64,000 nt of DNA from Glycera tridactyla (Eukaryota): contig OZ286465.1 of assembly GCA_965644265.1 (NCBI GenBank), positions 78,678,001-78,742,000 on the forward strand. Direction: 5' to 3'. Positions within the stretch are counted from its first letter, which is position 1. Every line of letters begins with the position of its first letter. Position numbers and translations under genes: made by a program. This document shows, piece after piece, positions 24,126 to 38,100 of this stretch. The notes beneath the pieces were generated by a model, which saw only the letters and a program-made list of their open reading frames with translations, ran no database searches and was not told the DNA's origin.

Positions 24126-27100
24126 TGCGTCGGCGTCGGCGTCCGCACTCTTACAATGTTTTACGTCAAAGTTTTACGTCAAAGTGTTTTTTTCTGCAAG
24201 ATTTCATGTCAAAGTTTTTCTTTAACCCTTCTACCATCATCAGATCTTGTGCACATGGGCTATAAGGCATCAGGAATGATATTAAGAGAGCACTACGTCA
24301 AAGTTTTGCGTCAAAGTTTTACGTCAAAGTTTTTCATTGGAGTCTGTGGCTTAGTAAATATGGCCCCTACCACCACCAGATTTCATACACACATACTCCT
24401 GAGTATTGGGAAAGATGTCCATCCATCCATTCAGCATTATCTCAGTTTTATATCATATTTTTGGTTGAAAAATGCATATTTTTGAGGATATGGACTTCAC
24501 GTGAAAGTTTTTGTTGGAGTCAGGTGACTGCACAACCATGGCCCCTACCATCACCAGTTTTCATGCACACATGCTCCAAGGGATGTTTACCCTTCACAGC
24601 AGCAGTATCTCAGTTCAGGGTAGTGATTTTGGGGTGAAATTGCTCATTTGTGGGAAATTGGACTTTACATCTTAGTTTTTGTTCAGGTCAGGTCACTCTT
24701 CAACCATGGCCCCTACCTCCACCAGATTTGATGTACACATCCTCCAGTGTATTCTGGGGGGGGGGGGGGGGGGGGGCATCCAACCATCACCACAGCCGTA
24801 TGCATGCCAGTTGTGTGATGTGTTGTAGATTTGGGATAAAACCTCACTTATTTTGAATGACTGGACTCTGACAATTTTAGTGATTTTTGAGTACCGGTAC
24901 ACACCAAACTCAACAAGGATGCATTTTATTGCATCTCCTGATGAATGCCAGCCATCGATGGGGTCTCCCAAAGAGCCTGTTTGGTTTTGGGGTGAAAATT
25001 GGTTTTTCAGAAATGGATTTTTCTAAAGATGGTTGCTATTCGTAGCCACTCCAAACTTGGCATGGATTTGATTCATAGCATTCCCAAATGAATGCCAGCC
25101 ATAAATGGGGTCTCCCAAAAGGCCTGGTTGGTTTTGGGGTGAAAATTGGTTTTTCAGAAATGGATTTTTCTAAAGATGGTGGCTGTTCGTAGCCATTCCA
25201 AACAAGGCATGGATTTAATTCATAGCATTCCCTAATGAATGCCAGCCATAGATGGGGTCTCCCAAAAGACCTGGTTGGTTTTTGGGGTGAAAATTGGTTT
25301 TTCAGAAATGGATTTTTCTAAAGATGGTGGCTGTTCGTAGCCATTCCAAACTTGGCATGGATTTAATTCATAGCATTCCCTAATGGATGCCAGCCATAGA
25401 TGGGGTCTCCCAAAGGGCCTGGTTGGTTTTGGCGTGAAAATTGGTTTTTCAGAAATGGATTTTTCTAAAGATGGTAGCTGTTCGTAGCCATTCCAAACTT
25501 GGCATGGATTTGATTCATAGCATTCCCTAATGAATGCCAGCCATAGATGGGGTTTCCCAACAGGCCTGGTTGGTTTTGGGGTGAAAATTGGTTTTTCAGA
25601 AATGGATTTTTCCAAAGATGGCGGCTGTTCATAGCCACACCAAACTTGGGGTGGATGCAATTCCCGAATAAATGCCAGCCATGGATGGGGTCTCCCAACA
25701 TGCCTGATAGATTTCGGCGGGAAATTGGTTTTTCAGAAATGGATTCTAGCCAAAGCATCCCTCGTTGATTTTCAGCCATGTATGGGATTGCCCATTAGCC
25801 CTACTGCAGGGCTGTCCGTTAACTTTTTTCTTCAGCTGTCATTCAGGCAGATGAAGTAGGATTTTTACCTGCCCTCCCTGTCATTTTCACCTTCCCTCCT
25901 GCATACAATCATAGCCCAAGTAGGGGTTAGGTACCTGTCCATCAGGCAGGCTGATTGATAAAATCACCTTCCTGCCTGTGCCAGTAGGGCAACCACTAGC
26001 GTGGAGCCCTGTACTGTTATTTTAGGGAAATTTACTTTTTCAGAAAGACGTTTTGAGGAAAGTTACCTTTCCAAGCATGATTATGTATTGGGTATTCCTA
26101 TGCGATCAGGAACTGTATGCATCCATCAAAGAAGCAGCACTGTTTTGTTTGTGTAAACTTTAGAAAAAATGTCTTTCTTGAAGCGGCGTGTTGTGTGGCT
26201 TCGCCAAGGCGAGGTCCGCCTTCAGTGAAGGCTATGTTTATTAAGCCACCTGTATTCACAGGGATTTTCTTCCATGGGAATATGTATGGGTCTTTCGGGC
26301 ACATAGATGCAGATTTCATGTGCCATTCCGGATTTGTGTGTGCCTCAAACCATATAATCATATAAAAGTATGGAAAATTCCATGTGCCTTCTGGGCACAA
26401 GATATAGGGTTTAATGTGCCCTTTTACAACTCTATGTGCCATTTGCCACAGGGCACAGTGTAAAATTATCCCTGATTCAGCAACCACTTTTCGGATTCCC
26501 AAGGGTGGTTGCTGAATACTGGTTTACTGTATTTGAAACATACTTATATTCCCATGTAATTTCATATGAAGTGGTTGCGATGTCGTCAGTATTCTCAGTA
26601 ACTCATGGTTTGCTTCAATTACTTTCTTCATAATTTGAAGATATCATTTGATGAGAAATGCTCTGATCCACAAATCATTATGTTTGATTTTCATTTGTTA
26701 TCAATTCATTCATACTGCTGCCAAGAAGTTAGAAAGAATTTGAAGAATTTGACTTACATTGATCAAGATGTGCAATATAAAGAGGTCTGTTTTTCAACTG
26801 GAAATTTGATGTATACGGTATATTGATTGATTTCAGCTTGCTGGCGGGTGATACCAATTCTAATTTGACTGCCAGTTTACATACCGCCCATCGCCTGCCA
26901 CACCCCATTTCTGCACCTCAACCTGTCCCTCAGACCCGGCCGACACAACGTGAACGATCCACATCTGCACCAAACGTCAACTTAGTCAATGCAAGCGAGG
27001 TATGTGCACGGTCCATTCCGTGTGGCTTCTTTATCTACTGCATGTTGCATGTGACTAACGGTGAACTCTCTGCTTTTGTTTCAGTGAATTGTCCATGCCA

Positions 27101-30100
27101 ACTCTATTTCGGGGTCGCACTCGGCACCCAGCCACTCCCTGGCAACTACCGTTGTCATGGCAGCATGCTGGCGTGCACGATCGCGCATTTGCTTCGACAT
27201 TTGATGTGGGGCGTGCAGTGCTTGGTGCGCCCGCGCCAGCATTGAGTCTTTATCATTTTCAGAGAACTCACGCAATGGATTTGCTCGGTCCGCCTCAGGT
27301 CGGACTCTTTCATCAGGCATTTAATTTTTTCTCTCTCTTTCCTGCCATGATGCAGGTTGTGTGATACCCACAGTTTTGGGGAACCCACGGTTGTCTCTTG
27401 ATTTTCTCCGGATCGTGGGTTACAATCTGCCAAATCACTTTCCAATTTGTTGCCCAAGGCCAGACTTTGGAAACTACCGTGCATTGATAGCAACATATCA
27501 AAAATAATGGCTAAATGAATAATTTAGTTACTGATTGTATCAGTGATTGAAATCAGTCATGTCTGTATTCATGATTCACTTGATATGCACTCACCAGCTT
27601 TAAGAAATTGCCAGAGATTCACTTTCCAAAACTGCCAAAATTTTGCCATATCTGAACCTTCTTAAGTGTTGAACAAAGGAAATTATAATTTCCAATTGAT
27701 ACTTTTACCTATTCAGTTCTCAGCAGGAAACATGTTGAAAGAAGTGCATGTGTCCATAGAGCCCCATATGATGTGCCTAGAAGGTATGCACAAACCGACA
27801 TACTTGGCTAAGATAGCATGGTGTGGGGTACATCAAAGTATAAAATGGCACATCCTAATGGACAGCTAAAAAATATAATATAGAGCCCTCCCTAGAAACT
27901 TATTTTGGCAGATTGTAACTGATGCGATCCACTCATCTCGTTTGGTTCTTTTCTATGAAGCCTGGTTAAGCTGATTTGCTCATCCATCTTTATTTTCCTG
28001 GACAATCTCAAGAATGTAGTTATGTGTCCTGTGATCAGTAGGGCAGAGATTGCGCAATTGATCCAACATATTTTTCAAGCGTTTTCCAAGCTCAGTTCGC
28101 TTTTTGGCTCTGTGTAATTTCCAGAAAATTTAATGGTTTCTTAATTTGTCAGTCACATCTCTGGGTTTGCTTTGATGATCTAGATTATGGCTGCCTCGTA
28201 TCTTCCGATCATATTTGGGTCACATACTGTAATTACTATTTGAGGTTGTGGCTCAGAAGTTTGATTGGAAGTATTGTGGCCATTGCTGAGTCTGTTAGTT
28301 AATGTGTGTGCTGGTTGCGTTACCTGTGATGTGTGCTTCAGAGGCATACAGCTTTTGCCACAGGATAGATGCACAATAGAAGATTAAGGGTAGACAAGGT
28401 AGAGCGGTCTTCAGTGCCTATGATGGGTATAACGAAAGCATATTTCCTTCAATTTGTCTCATTTCCATTGAATCTGGTACAAGTCAGGTGATGGTCCAAG
28501 ACAATGCTTCATGGTCGAGTTTTTGTCAGAGTTGACAATTTATCCGCAATCCTGGGTTTCGGTATTTGCCATTCTCCTACTTTTGAGTTTACCTGCCGAA
28601 TATCACCAGAGGTTTCAGTTTTCTCCTTCCCAAATTCAAATTGCCAAAACCAACATGCTTGGTTTCATCTACCAACATCGCTTTCCAGTCTCAGTGGTTT
28701 GCCATCAATATCTATTGTGAAAGGGTTTGTTGCTATGAAACGCAAAGATTCTTATCTGTTTTCTTCTCTGTTAGGTCAAATCACTCTTCTGCCTTTATCA
28801 TTGGATAATCAGATTGGATTAGGTGGGAAGTTCTATTATTTGTCCATGCAGAAAGTATAACTGAACGGATTTATTAATCGCTGTTCTGAATTCACCTTCT
28901 TCTTCTTGATGATTCTTGCCAACATCACTTCGGTGATAATCAAATGTTCAAATCTGAGATGATCATTTGTAGACTTCAGCTGCAGTCATGGAATTAGGAA
29001 TACAAGTGCATTCGAAACCCACTCATGTTTGCTCGGAATAGGTTCACCAGGCATACTCTCCACCTATACTATACTCTCATGAGATCCGACAGAAATTGGA
29101 AACTTTTGATGTACATTGCTGTTTGACTTCACTGGGTGTTGGATTGATATTTAGAATGCAGGTGGTGGATAGATGGTTCATTGATCTTCATCAGATGCTA
29201 TATCACTTTGGTGTACTGCATATGTTGTCTGAGTAACTGCTTGTTTGGAAGCTTGGTCACATTTAAGCGGTATTTTTCAACCACCATCAGGTGGCAATGG
29301 GGTTACCAAGGTGCCTCATATCATTTAAATTACCGATGCTAAAGCCAAATTACAATGGATTGGCTGGAGATTTTATCATTTGGCTATAGAATTCATTGAA
29401 TTCTAGTCAAATTGGTGAACAAAAAGAGAGAGTGATAGTTTTAGCCATGTGTTGGTTATGATAGCCATGAGTCTATACTTGTTGATCCGAGTGAGAAGGG
29501 CAAGATCATTCAATCCTCATCATATTCTCATTTCATAAGAATTATCTAACATCTCATCTTCTGCAATCGATTGATGATCATGATTTTTGTTCTTTGTGTA
29601 ACTGCCATCAAGTCCAGCATATTTGAGATAAGGAGCATATATTAAAGAGATCTCTATCCTGCATCTTGAGAACTTAGCATGGTTCTCTATCCTGCCTATT
29701 GATAACTTTGTCAGAGTTGCAGATCAGTGAAGTGATAGCACTCTCCCATGTCGGAGAGATGTGGCCTGTTACTTTCGTTATTCTTCAAAGATATTGACCC
29801 TCCATGTTTTGGAGTAATGATTACACCTCCTGCAAATACTGCCATCATTACTCTCTAGACTTCAAATATTTCATGTATTTTATCGAAGTTTGGAAGACCC
29901 AATGTAGAGATTTTCACATCATCAGTAGAACTATCTATATAGACTGTTAGCGACAATGGCAACCATTGGCGCCCGCCCTGCCTCGTGTCTAAACCTGATT
30001 CCATACAATATGCTGGGTTTGTTGTACAGTTTTTCGGTGGATGGTGGAAAGTTGATGTATGATGCATGGTTTTATAATGATGTATATATACCTTGCTTGG

Positions 30101-32040
30101 TTGTATAATGATGTATTTATATATGAAGCTTGTACTCCAGTAGGCTCACTCTCAAGCTTATAGTGGTGTCCACGGCATGATGTGTCTTCCTGGTGTCCTG
30201 TCCCCTCCGAACCTTTAACTATTGATGTTGAAACCTACAAGTTGCTTCTGGATATGCATGCATCAGGTTACAAGTTCAATACATGTGCCTGTAGTATCAT
30301 AATTCCATTGGACATAAGATAAATGTGAAGATAGATCAACTTCATTTAAACTCGTAACATATGTAGAATAATGCAATTAGGTCAAAATGAGCTTTCTCCC
30401 GCATCAACAAGTGGAGATTGGTCCATCGGGAAAAAAGTCTTTCTCTTGGAACTCATCCAGAATGTTCACCAGATTCCGTATCATTCTTGTTATAACAAGG
30501 CATGATTCACTCAAAATTTTTCTTAACAATTCATCCCAAATAATTTGTTCAGATAACTTACTTGATTCTGAATCATTCTTGCATTATTTGGGCATCATTT
30601 TTCAACTCCTTTGATTCTCCAGACTTGTCTTCCTGATCACTTTGCATGTGTTTGCTCAACAAATCCTTTCTCATCCTTGATTCAAGTGAAAAACCGTCTA
30701 CTCAAAAATCAGTTGTTCAAGTGATAGACCAGGTGCATGCTTCTTGCTTCACCGCATGTTGATGTCTTTCAGGATATTTGATAATGAAATTGATTGTGAC
30801 TGGATCATTCGTACTTGGTGAAGAAAATCCGTATTTCCTTGCTGATTGTGATGCCACGGCATTCACTCAGGCTAATGTTGCATATCAATGCAAGCATGTG
30901 CTAACACATGCACACAAATCCACACGTGCATGTGCACACCCACATACGCACACAAAAACACTCACACACACACATTCGCAGGCTCACACACGCACTCACA
31001 AAAAACACACACACACACATTGAAGCTCTTTCTGGTCGCAGTAATCCAACAAAGTTGGAATCTTCTAATCAATTCATTGTAAATATGCTATTTTTTACTC
31101 TCGATGGGGAATTTCCACTGAGACACCAGAAAACAAATAAATTAAGGGATGCTCATTTTGTGAGCTCTCCATACATGCATGTTTTCTCATAGTCACTGTC
31201 ATGAAGCTGAAACAAGGATTGACATTGCACACTCTTCCCTTCGCAACCAACTCTCTCTTGTCTCTTGAACACTCTCTGGGGTGCTCTCGGCTGAATTTGG
31301 CTCCTGATACAAGCACGATATTCCCTGTTTCCAGCGTTCCAAGTATTTCTCTGCTTGAACGAACAAGGATGAGAGATTGTTTAACCTCAGACCGCGACTA
31401 GCCCTCTGAAGTGGCGTCTTTGCACCACCTGAAATATTAGTGAGCCTACTGGAAGTACAAATATACACGTTTAGGGAACCCTCTCACAAAGATTTCTGTG
31501 TTCTTGGAAATTTGGACAGGTACTTTCAACTGCCATGGTTTTCGAAAAATATCTTCATAGTTAAGAGTACCATCACAAATTCTTGGGCACCCACACTTTG
31601 TGAGATGAGTCAGAGATTGGTGTGATAGTTTAAGGTCAAGGGCATCTGACTGAAAGAATGGGATCATTGCGAAAGAGATGACTAGATTGGAAGAACCCAA
31701 GACAAATTGTCAGAGATGCCATCCATGATGATTTTCAAAAGATGATCGCCCTTTCTGAAGCAAAATTTTGCCATTTCATGTGTAACTTCACTACAAGTAT
31801 TTCCCAATTGTTGTATCTAATAATCACAAATACTTCAATCATTCCTCTTAAAGATTGGCATCCTGAGTAATTTTGATCATCAAACTTGGCATCCCTCCAT
31901 ACCCATTCTTTTCATTGGAAGTCCTAATACAACCAGTGCTACCACTCTGAATTTTTTTAGCCATGGATGGATCAAAATCTTGTTGCCTACACACTATGAC
32001 CACTGAATTGCCCAGACTTCTGCAATAGCAGTCAATCTCC

Positions 32041-32101
<61 letters not shown>

Positions 32102-35100
32102 AGAAATTCCTACATTTCACTTTCTGCAAAGGAAAAAGTGGGCACAAGCCATCAACAAACGCTTATCTGAATCTGGGATTTCCTGTTTCAACTATTCAGG
32201 TCATGCTAAAGACATTCAGATAATGACTAAGGACTGAAAAAATATCAGTCAGCTATTGAATGTAGAGTGCACAAATCCGAAATTCAGTAAGATCTGAATA
32301 TGCTGGAAACCTTGTGCCAGAGAAGAGATAATTTCAAGTTGAGTGACAAGTCTGAGAGAAAGTTTGACCTGGAATGAACTTTGCTGAACAGGTATGATCC
32401 CGTCATTGTTAAAAATGGGTTTTGGCTAAATCAGAGTAAGATCAGATATCATCAAGAGTGGCAAATATTTGTGGGTCATCGTCGTGGCAACAAGATAAAT
32501 GTCCCATCATGGAAGAAAGCGAAATGCACCGCTGAAGAGCATATTTCACAGAAAGTGAGGCTGGTGATTACATGGGTTTCCCTTGATTCTGTTTCTCATT
32601 TCTAGGACCCTTATTTCTTGCAGGAATTTGCTCGCGCCCTACAAGTCCACCATTCTCAGAGTCATGCAGGTAGGCGTTGTCATGGAAACCGCTGAGTCAC
32701 ATGCCTCAATCAACACCAGGTGTCAGTGCATCATGCAGCTTGTCAGCATCAGTAGCCATTATGTTTCAATCTTATTTTTTGCCATTTTTTTAGCCTAAAA
32801 TCGCCATTATGTCAGCCATTAATTTATGCTAATTGTGTAGCATCTCATTTGTATTTTCAATGCTATGTTAATAGCGCATTTTTTTCCGTGAGATTTAGAC
32901 ATGAGTGCATGGTTTTTTATGGGTACGAGATGTACCGGTGGAGCACACAATCATTCATGGTTGGTTCTCTGCTTGCTATTTGACGGTTTATGAATGCTGC
33001 ATCTTGGTTTAGAGAATTTTTAGTTGCGTTTCACCAGGGCTTTCACCTGTATTGATACTAATCTCAGAAACAAAATCCAATTTGGGGTAAAATTGGAACC
33101 AGATGAAATAGAATGTCAGTGGTATTGAATACATAGACAATTTTTGCCACATAAACATGTGATATGACCCAACTCAGATGAAGCTTTAAATCAAGAGGCA
33201 ACTTCACAATTCCCGTCAAATCCTCCTCAAATCATAACATCCTGTAATCATGATATATTGTCGAAAAAATTCAGCCAGACATTTTCACCAAACCCTGAAT
33301 ACCACAGGTACATTAAATTATGACCGTTCCTTCAACAGCCCGATACATTCATATTGCAATTAAACAATTTTTCTAGCAGCAGTCATTGTCCACCAATGTA
33401 ATTTTGATTGTAATTGTTATTGATTGAAAATTGCGAATCACTCATAGTAGGTTTTCCTTTTCATGCATATGGTGATAAGATGAATTATATCTGCATCCAT
33501 TTGCCAAACATCTTCATTTGCTAGAGATATATATTCATCTGGCATCAAAACATGCCATGGGCATTGTCCCTTGGGCAGGTGGAGTAGCCTCCTATTGAAC
33601 TATAGAACACATATAAATAATCTGTTTGTAAGGTAGGCCTTAGTGTGGAGCCCTGTCTGCTCAAGTCCAGATTCTATAAGAATGGATCGTGGTCAGAATT
33701 CAAATGCCACACGTCTCATCCTATCATTTATAATGTGCAAAGGGTGATTTGATAAATGCTTAAACCTCAAACTTGAACTTTATGATGCCTGTATAATTCC
33801 TGATTAGCCAACATTGGTGTAAGCCCTCATCATATACATGGCTCAACATTAGCCGAAATATCTTGGAGGTAGCTGGCCCCTAATTGGATATTATTGAAAG
33901 CCATTGCCTAATATTTGTAGCCAACAAACACAATGTCTATTACAAAATCTCAACATTTTTTTTGGGGGGGGGGGGGGGGGGCATTTGCTACTAACTTAGA
34001 TATGATTGCGAGAGGGTAAGTTTAGTAGCTTGGCTACCCACAGGTAGCAATGTAGAGGCCTGATGTTTGGTATACCAACCTAGTTTGGACAGCGGTCTTG
34101 AGATTCGAGTGCTCTGTTTATTCCCAGAACCAGAAGTAAGGGTGCATGTATTAATAACTGATCTTATTCAGAATTTGAGTTTATTATGGAAGGATATCTA
34201 TATAGTCAAACTTGTCTATAGAGGCCACCTTCGATTGTATGAAAATGTGGCCTTTGCAGGTGGCCTTTGTCGTGACTTCATTCACTATAGATAATACTAT
34301 CATGGTCTCTGCTGGAGGTGGCCTTCGTAGGCAGGTGCTCACTCGAGTGTACAATGATGTCATTTAGAAGAAACAATTATCCAAGGATATGATAAAACAT
34401 GCTGAAAATGTCCCCTCACATCCTTGAAATTATCTATTCTGATACACCCAGCCAGATTGCAGGAACTTTTCATTAAATTTTGTCATCCACTTTCGTAGAA
34501 GCGTCCCCACACTCATCTCTAATAGAAAGAGCACTATCTCATATTACAGAAGTGGATGATTTCACTGGTCTCATATTCTTGATATAGTACGTCCAGTATC
34601 AATTAAATGCAGGCAAGGTGATGCTAAATAATTCAGAGGAGTTTTGTGTGTATAAAAACAAGTGTTTGTGATGTCCACAAGCTCAATGCTTTTATGGTCA
34701 GCTTCAAACTTGGGTGTTCCTCAACCTCCTGTGAAATATGAACCATAGAATGCAGATTTAGCTGTACAAGCCAAGCACTTAACAAGAATCTATTCTCACC
34801 TAGGTTGGGTGGAGAAGTTGGGATAAAAACAATCTGTTCACTCTGTACAAGAGTGCTCCCCCAATCTGACGATTGCTGATCATATGACTGAATTTTGAAC
34901 TTATTATTGAAATAGACTGATCACATCACCAAGGTAGCGAAGGAATTACTTCAGACGTATATATTTCAATCATGAATTAATTTTATATCGCTATACATTT
35001 CTCATGGTATATTTCTTCCAAAAATGTATCACAACCTAGATTATGTGATCAAAGATGAAGTCTCGGCATCATTCGTTTTTATCTATCTAGCGGAGTGATT

Positions 35101-38100
35101 TCACCTTGAATCATAATTCCACGATGATTCATGTCAGAATATGAATGGCACTGATTTTCGACCCGTGTTGCAACTCTGGTGTTGATTGAGCATATGACAT
35201 CAACTTCCGAAGTATATTGCCAGTTGCTTTCTTGTCGATGATTATGTGAAATAACCTGGACCTTTAACCTTACCTCTCTTGCTTCAGAAGTCTTCATCTT
35301 GTGGCCACCACTCTGCCATCTCAAGCTGATTCGTATATATTGCGCTGCCTGTACCTTGTCTCGTCCATGTCTGCGTCCTTGTTTATGGTAGCGGTCAGAA
35401 TTAGTTCTAGGCTCCCTCCCAAGAGTTGCATCCAGAGAAGGCTACGGAGTATCACACATTTTTTATTGAGCATGGGCCCTTTTTCAAGGCAATTAGAAAA
35501 GGGAGTAGTCTTGGAGGATCCCACCAAGTCCATTGCATTGCATATCGCACACATGGGGATGACGTGACATTGAAAGAAAACCAACCCAAGCTGTCACAGA
35601 TCATGATGCCCCCAAAATCAACAACACAGTTCAACGTTCAATAGTGAGTCAGCTCATTTTCGAGAAATTTGTGAAATGAGTGTTTCTTTTCCGCCTATAG
35701 AAGGGGGCATAAGGCCCCGATTTTGGAAATCCTGGATGCAACACTGCCTCTCTTATGATATATCCTGTCCATCCACATTACTGTGGGTCTTGAAACATTT
35801 TATCTGCTGTGGAATATTATGCAAAGGTGAATTCCAAAATCCACCAGACCTCTGGATGAGTCTGATATCTTGCATCATGAGGTCGCCCTGAAAAGATTTC
35901 TATGATTTCCATGAACAATTTGGGAGGGGAGCATATTCAATGCCCTTCCTACATTCAGCCTTCAAAGAATCCACACAAGTCTAGCTCCTGGCTACAGCAA
36001 AAAATTGGAATAGAAACAGATGAGCGAGATTGATTATTATACATTTATTCGTTAGAGAAATGGGCAGTGCTTTGCTAGGTACAGCCGTCCCAGTGATTGT
36101 ATAGCTAGTCACCCAATTCCAGCCTTATCCCGATAAAGCTATGATATGTCAGATCAGCGTTAAAATGAGTTATAGATACCTTTAGAAAAATGCGAGTCAC
36201 CACTTCCTTCCCCCTCAATTCCATGCTTTGAGTGTATATTTGATAGCTCGAAACCAGGTAGTTGTTTTGCGGACTAAGCAGTAATTCATGGAAACATTAA
36301 TTGGCATGCAGAGTGGGTGGATACAGCAATTTTTTGCAGGTCGTGTTGTTATCTCAAGTGCTCTATGAGCAATAGATATGGAATAAACTCAGGTTATTAC
36401 AGCTCCTATATATGTCATGAATGAAGAGAAAGGGTCCACAGTGTATCAGCTTCTTATCATTTTGAATATGTCATGAAGAAATCAGGTTTTTGATGTTTTG
36501 ATTAATTTATTTTATGCTATGACCTATTGTTGGCTGATATTAAGGGAGCCAGAACTAGAAATGTATGTCCATATGTGACTGTAAAATGTACCCATGATTA
36601 TTTGATAAAATTTTCATATTCCACATGGTGATATTGCTTTGAGGAAGTCACAATGACTGGCTCCACATAAATAAAACTGACAAATAAATCCTCAACAGTT
36701 CCACCTGGAGGGATTTGATAGAATTATCATACAATATAATCATGGGGTCATGTACTCATACCACCGACAATTTTCATTAAATTCATGCCATCTTTTAGAA
36801 TATGCAATTTGGATGTCATTATACAGTGAAACCTGTGAAGAGAGACCGCCCTAAATGTCACCAAAAAGCGGTCTCTCAAAGAGGTGGTCTCTCAGAGGTA
36901 TATTTGACCGTGTCAAATAGAAAAGCTTCCCTGGAATAGCGGTCTCCTGTCAGAGGTGGTCTCTAGTCAGGGGGTCTCTCGTCGCAGGTTTCACAGTATT
37001 GCAATTTGAAAGTCATTAGGGTGACATATTTCAAATAGACATCCATAAGTCTTATCTTCCAAAGTCGGCATTGTCTGTGGTATAACGCTTCTTGTGTCTG
37101 CTTGAAGATTGCTATTCCAGATTGCTACTGGTGTATTTGCCTAATCTGTGCCTGATTTGATGAAGATAGTAGATTTTCTATTGCTTCCCATGGATATGAT
37201 ATTGCCGTATTTATTGAGTCACTTGTGCGAGGTACATATCAAGCTGTACTGTGGTGTACCTTGAGTGTGTCAGTGGAAATTAAAGAACAAAAGTATGTAA
37301 TGTCATTACGTCAAAATCATAATGCTTGGAATCTCTGTAACATTCCAAATGATTGGCACTAATTGTCCAAGTAAATCTGGCCATCATTTAAACTCCAGGA
37401 TCTTCCAGGTGCTCCTCATAGTTATACAAAGTTTGGACAGGCAAGGAAAGGCTACACTAGAAAGTGAATGCAACCCGATATGATTACTCTTTCTGACATG
37501 AACTTTGGAATTTCATGCATAACATTACAACTAGAAATTCAGGATCCTCTCTTTTGATCATTGCAAATTCTGCAATCATTACGCTGTAAAATTGGTGCCA
37601 TTTTGGTCATCGAATGTGGGCATACCTGATATTGGAACAAAATCAAAGGTATGACCCATTTGCAATTGAGGACTTCGGAAATGCCATCTGTTTTTCCATG
37701 AATATCTGTGGTGTTCCGGGAAATAAGACTAGTTTGGACTAATTTCAATGCTTGTAAACGTACTTGTGATGTCAGACCTGCCTCAGATGTATGGTAATTA
37801 TCACCTCTGGTCCAGTGATAAGGTGGCCATTGAAGGGTAACTTCGGTGCTAGTAGTTGGGCAGTTCTTCATTCCTCCAACCAAACATACAGTATGAATGA
37901 ACAATTAACAACGGAATGTCAGCAAAAAAGCTGTCACTTAAAAGAGGTACATTCTCTTGGTAGAGGTATACTTGACTATGTCAGATAGAAGAGCTGACTC
38001 AAAGAAGGGGTCACATCAGTGATTGTCTTTTGTCAAGAGGTATATTTTGTCATAGGTTTCACTGTTTTGGTCACCATCAGTTGGTCCTGCAACACATAGC

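Noticed and set aside
25232-25779. Repetitive antisense ORFs (CQVWNGYEQ...)
   Set aside because: A 147-bp unit is a multiple of 3, so the frame stays open; tandem DNA rather than a gene
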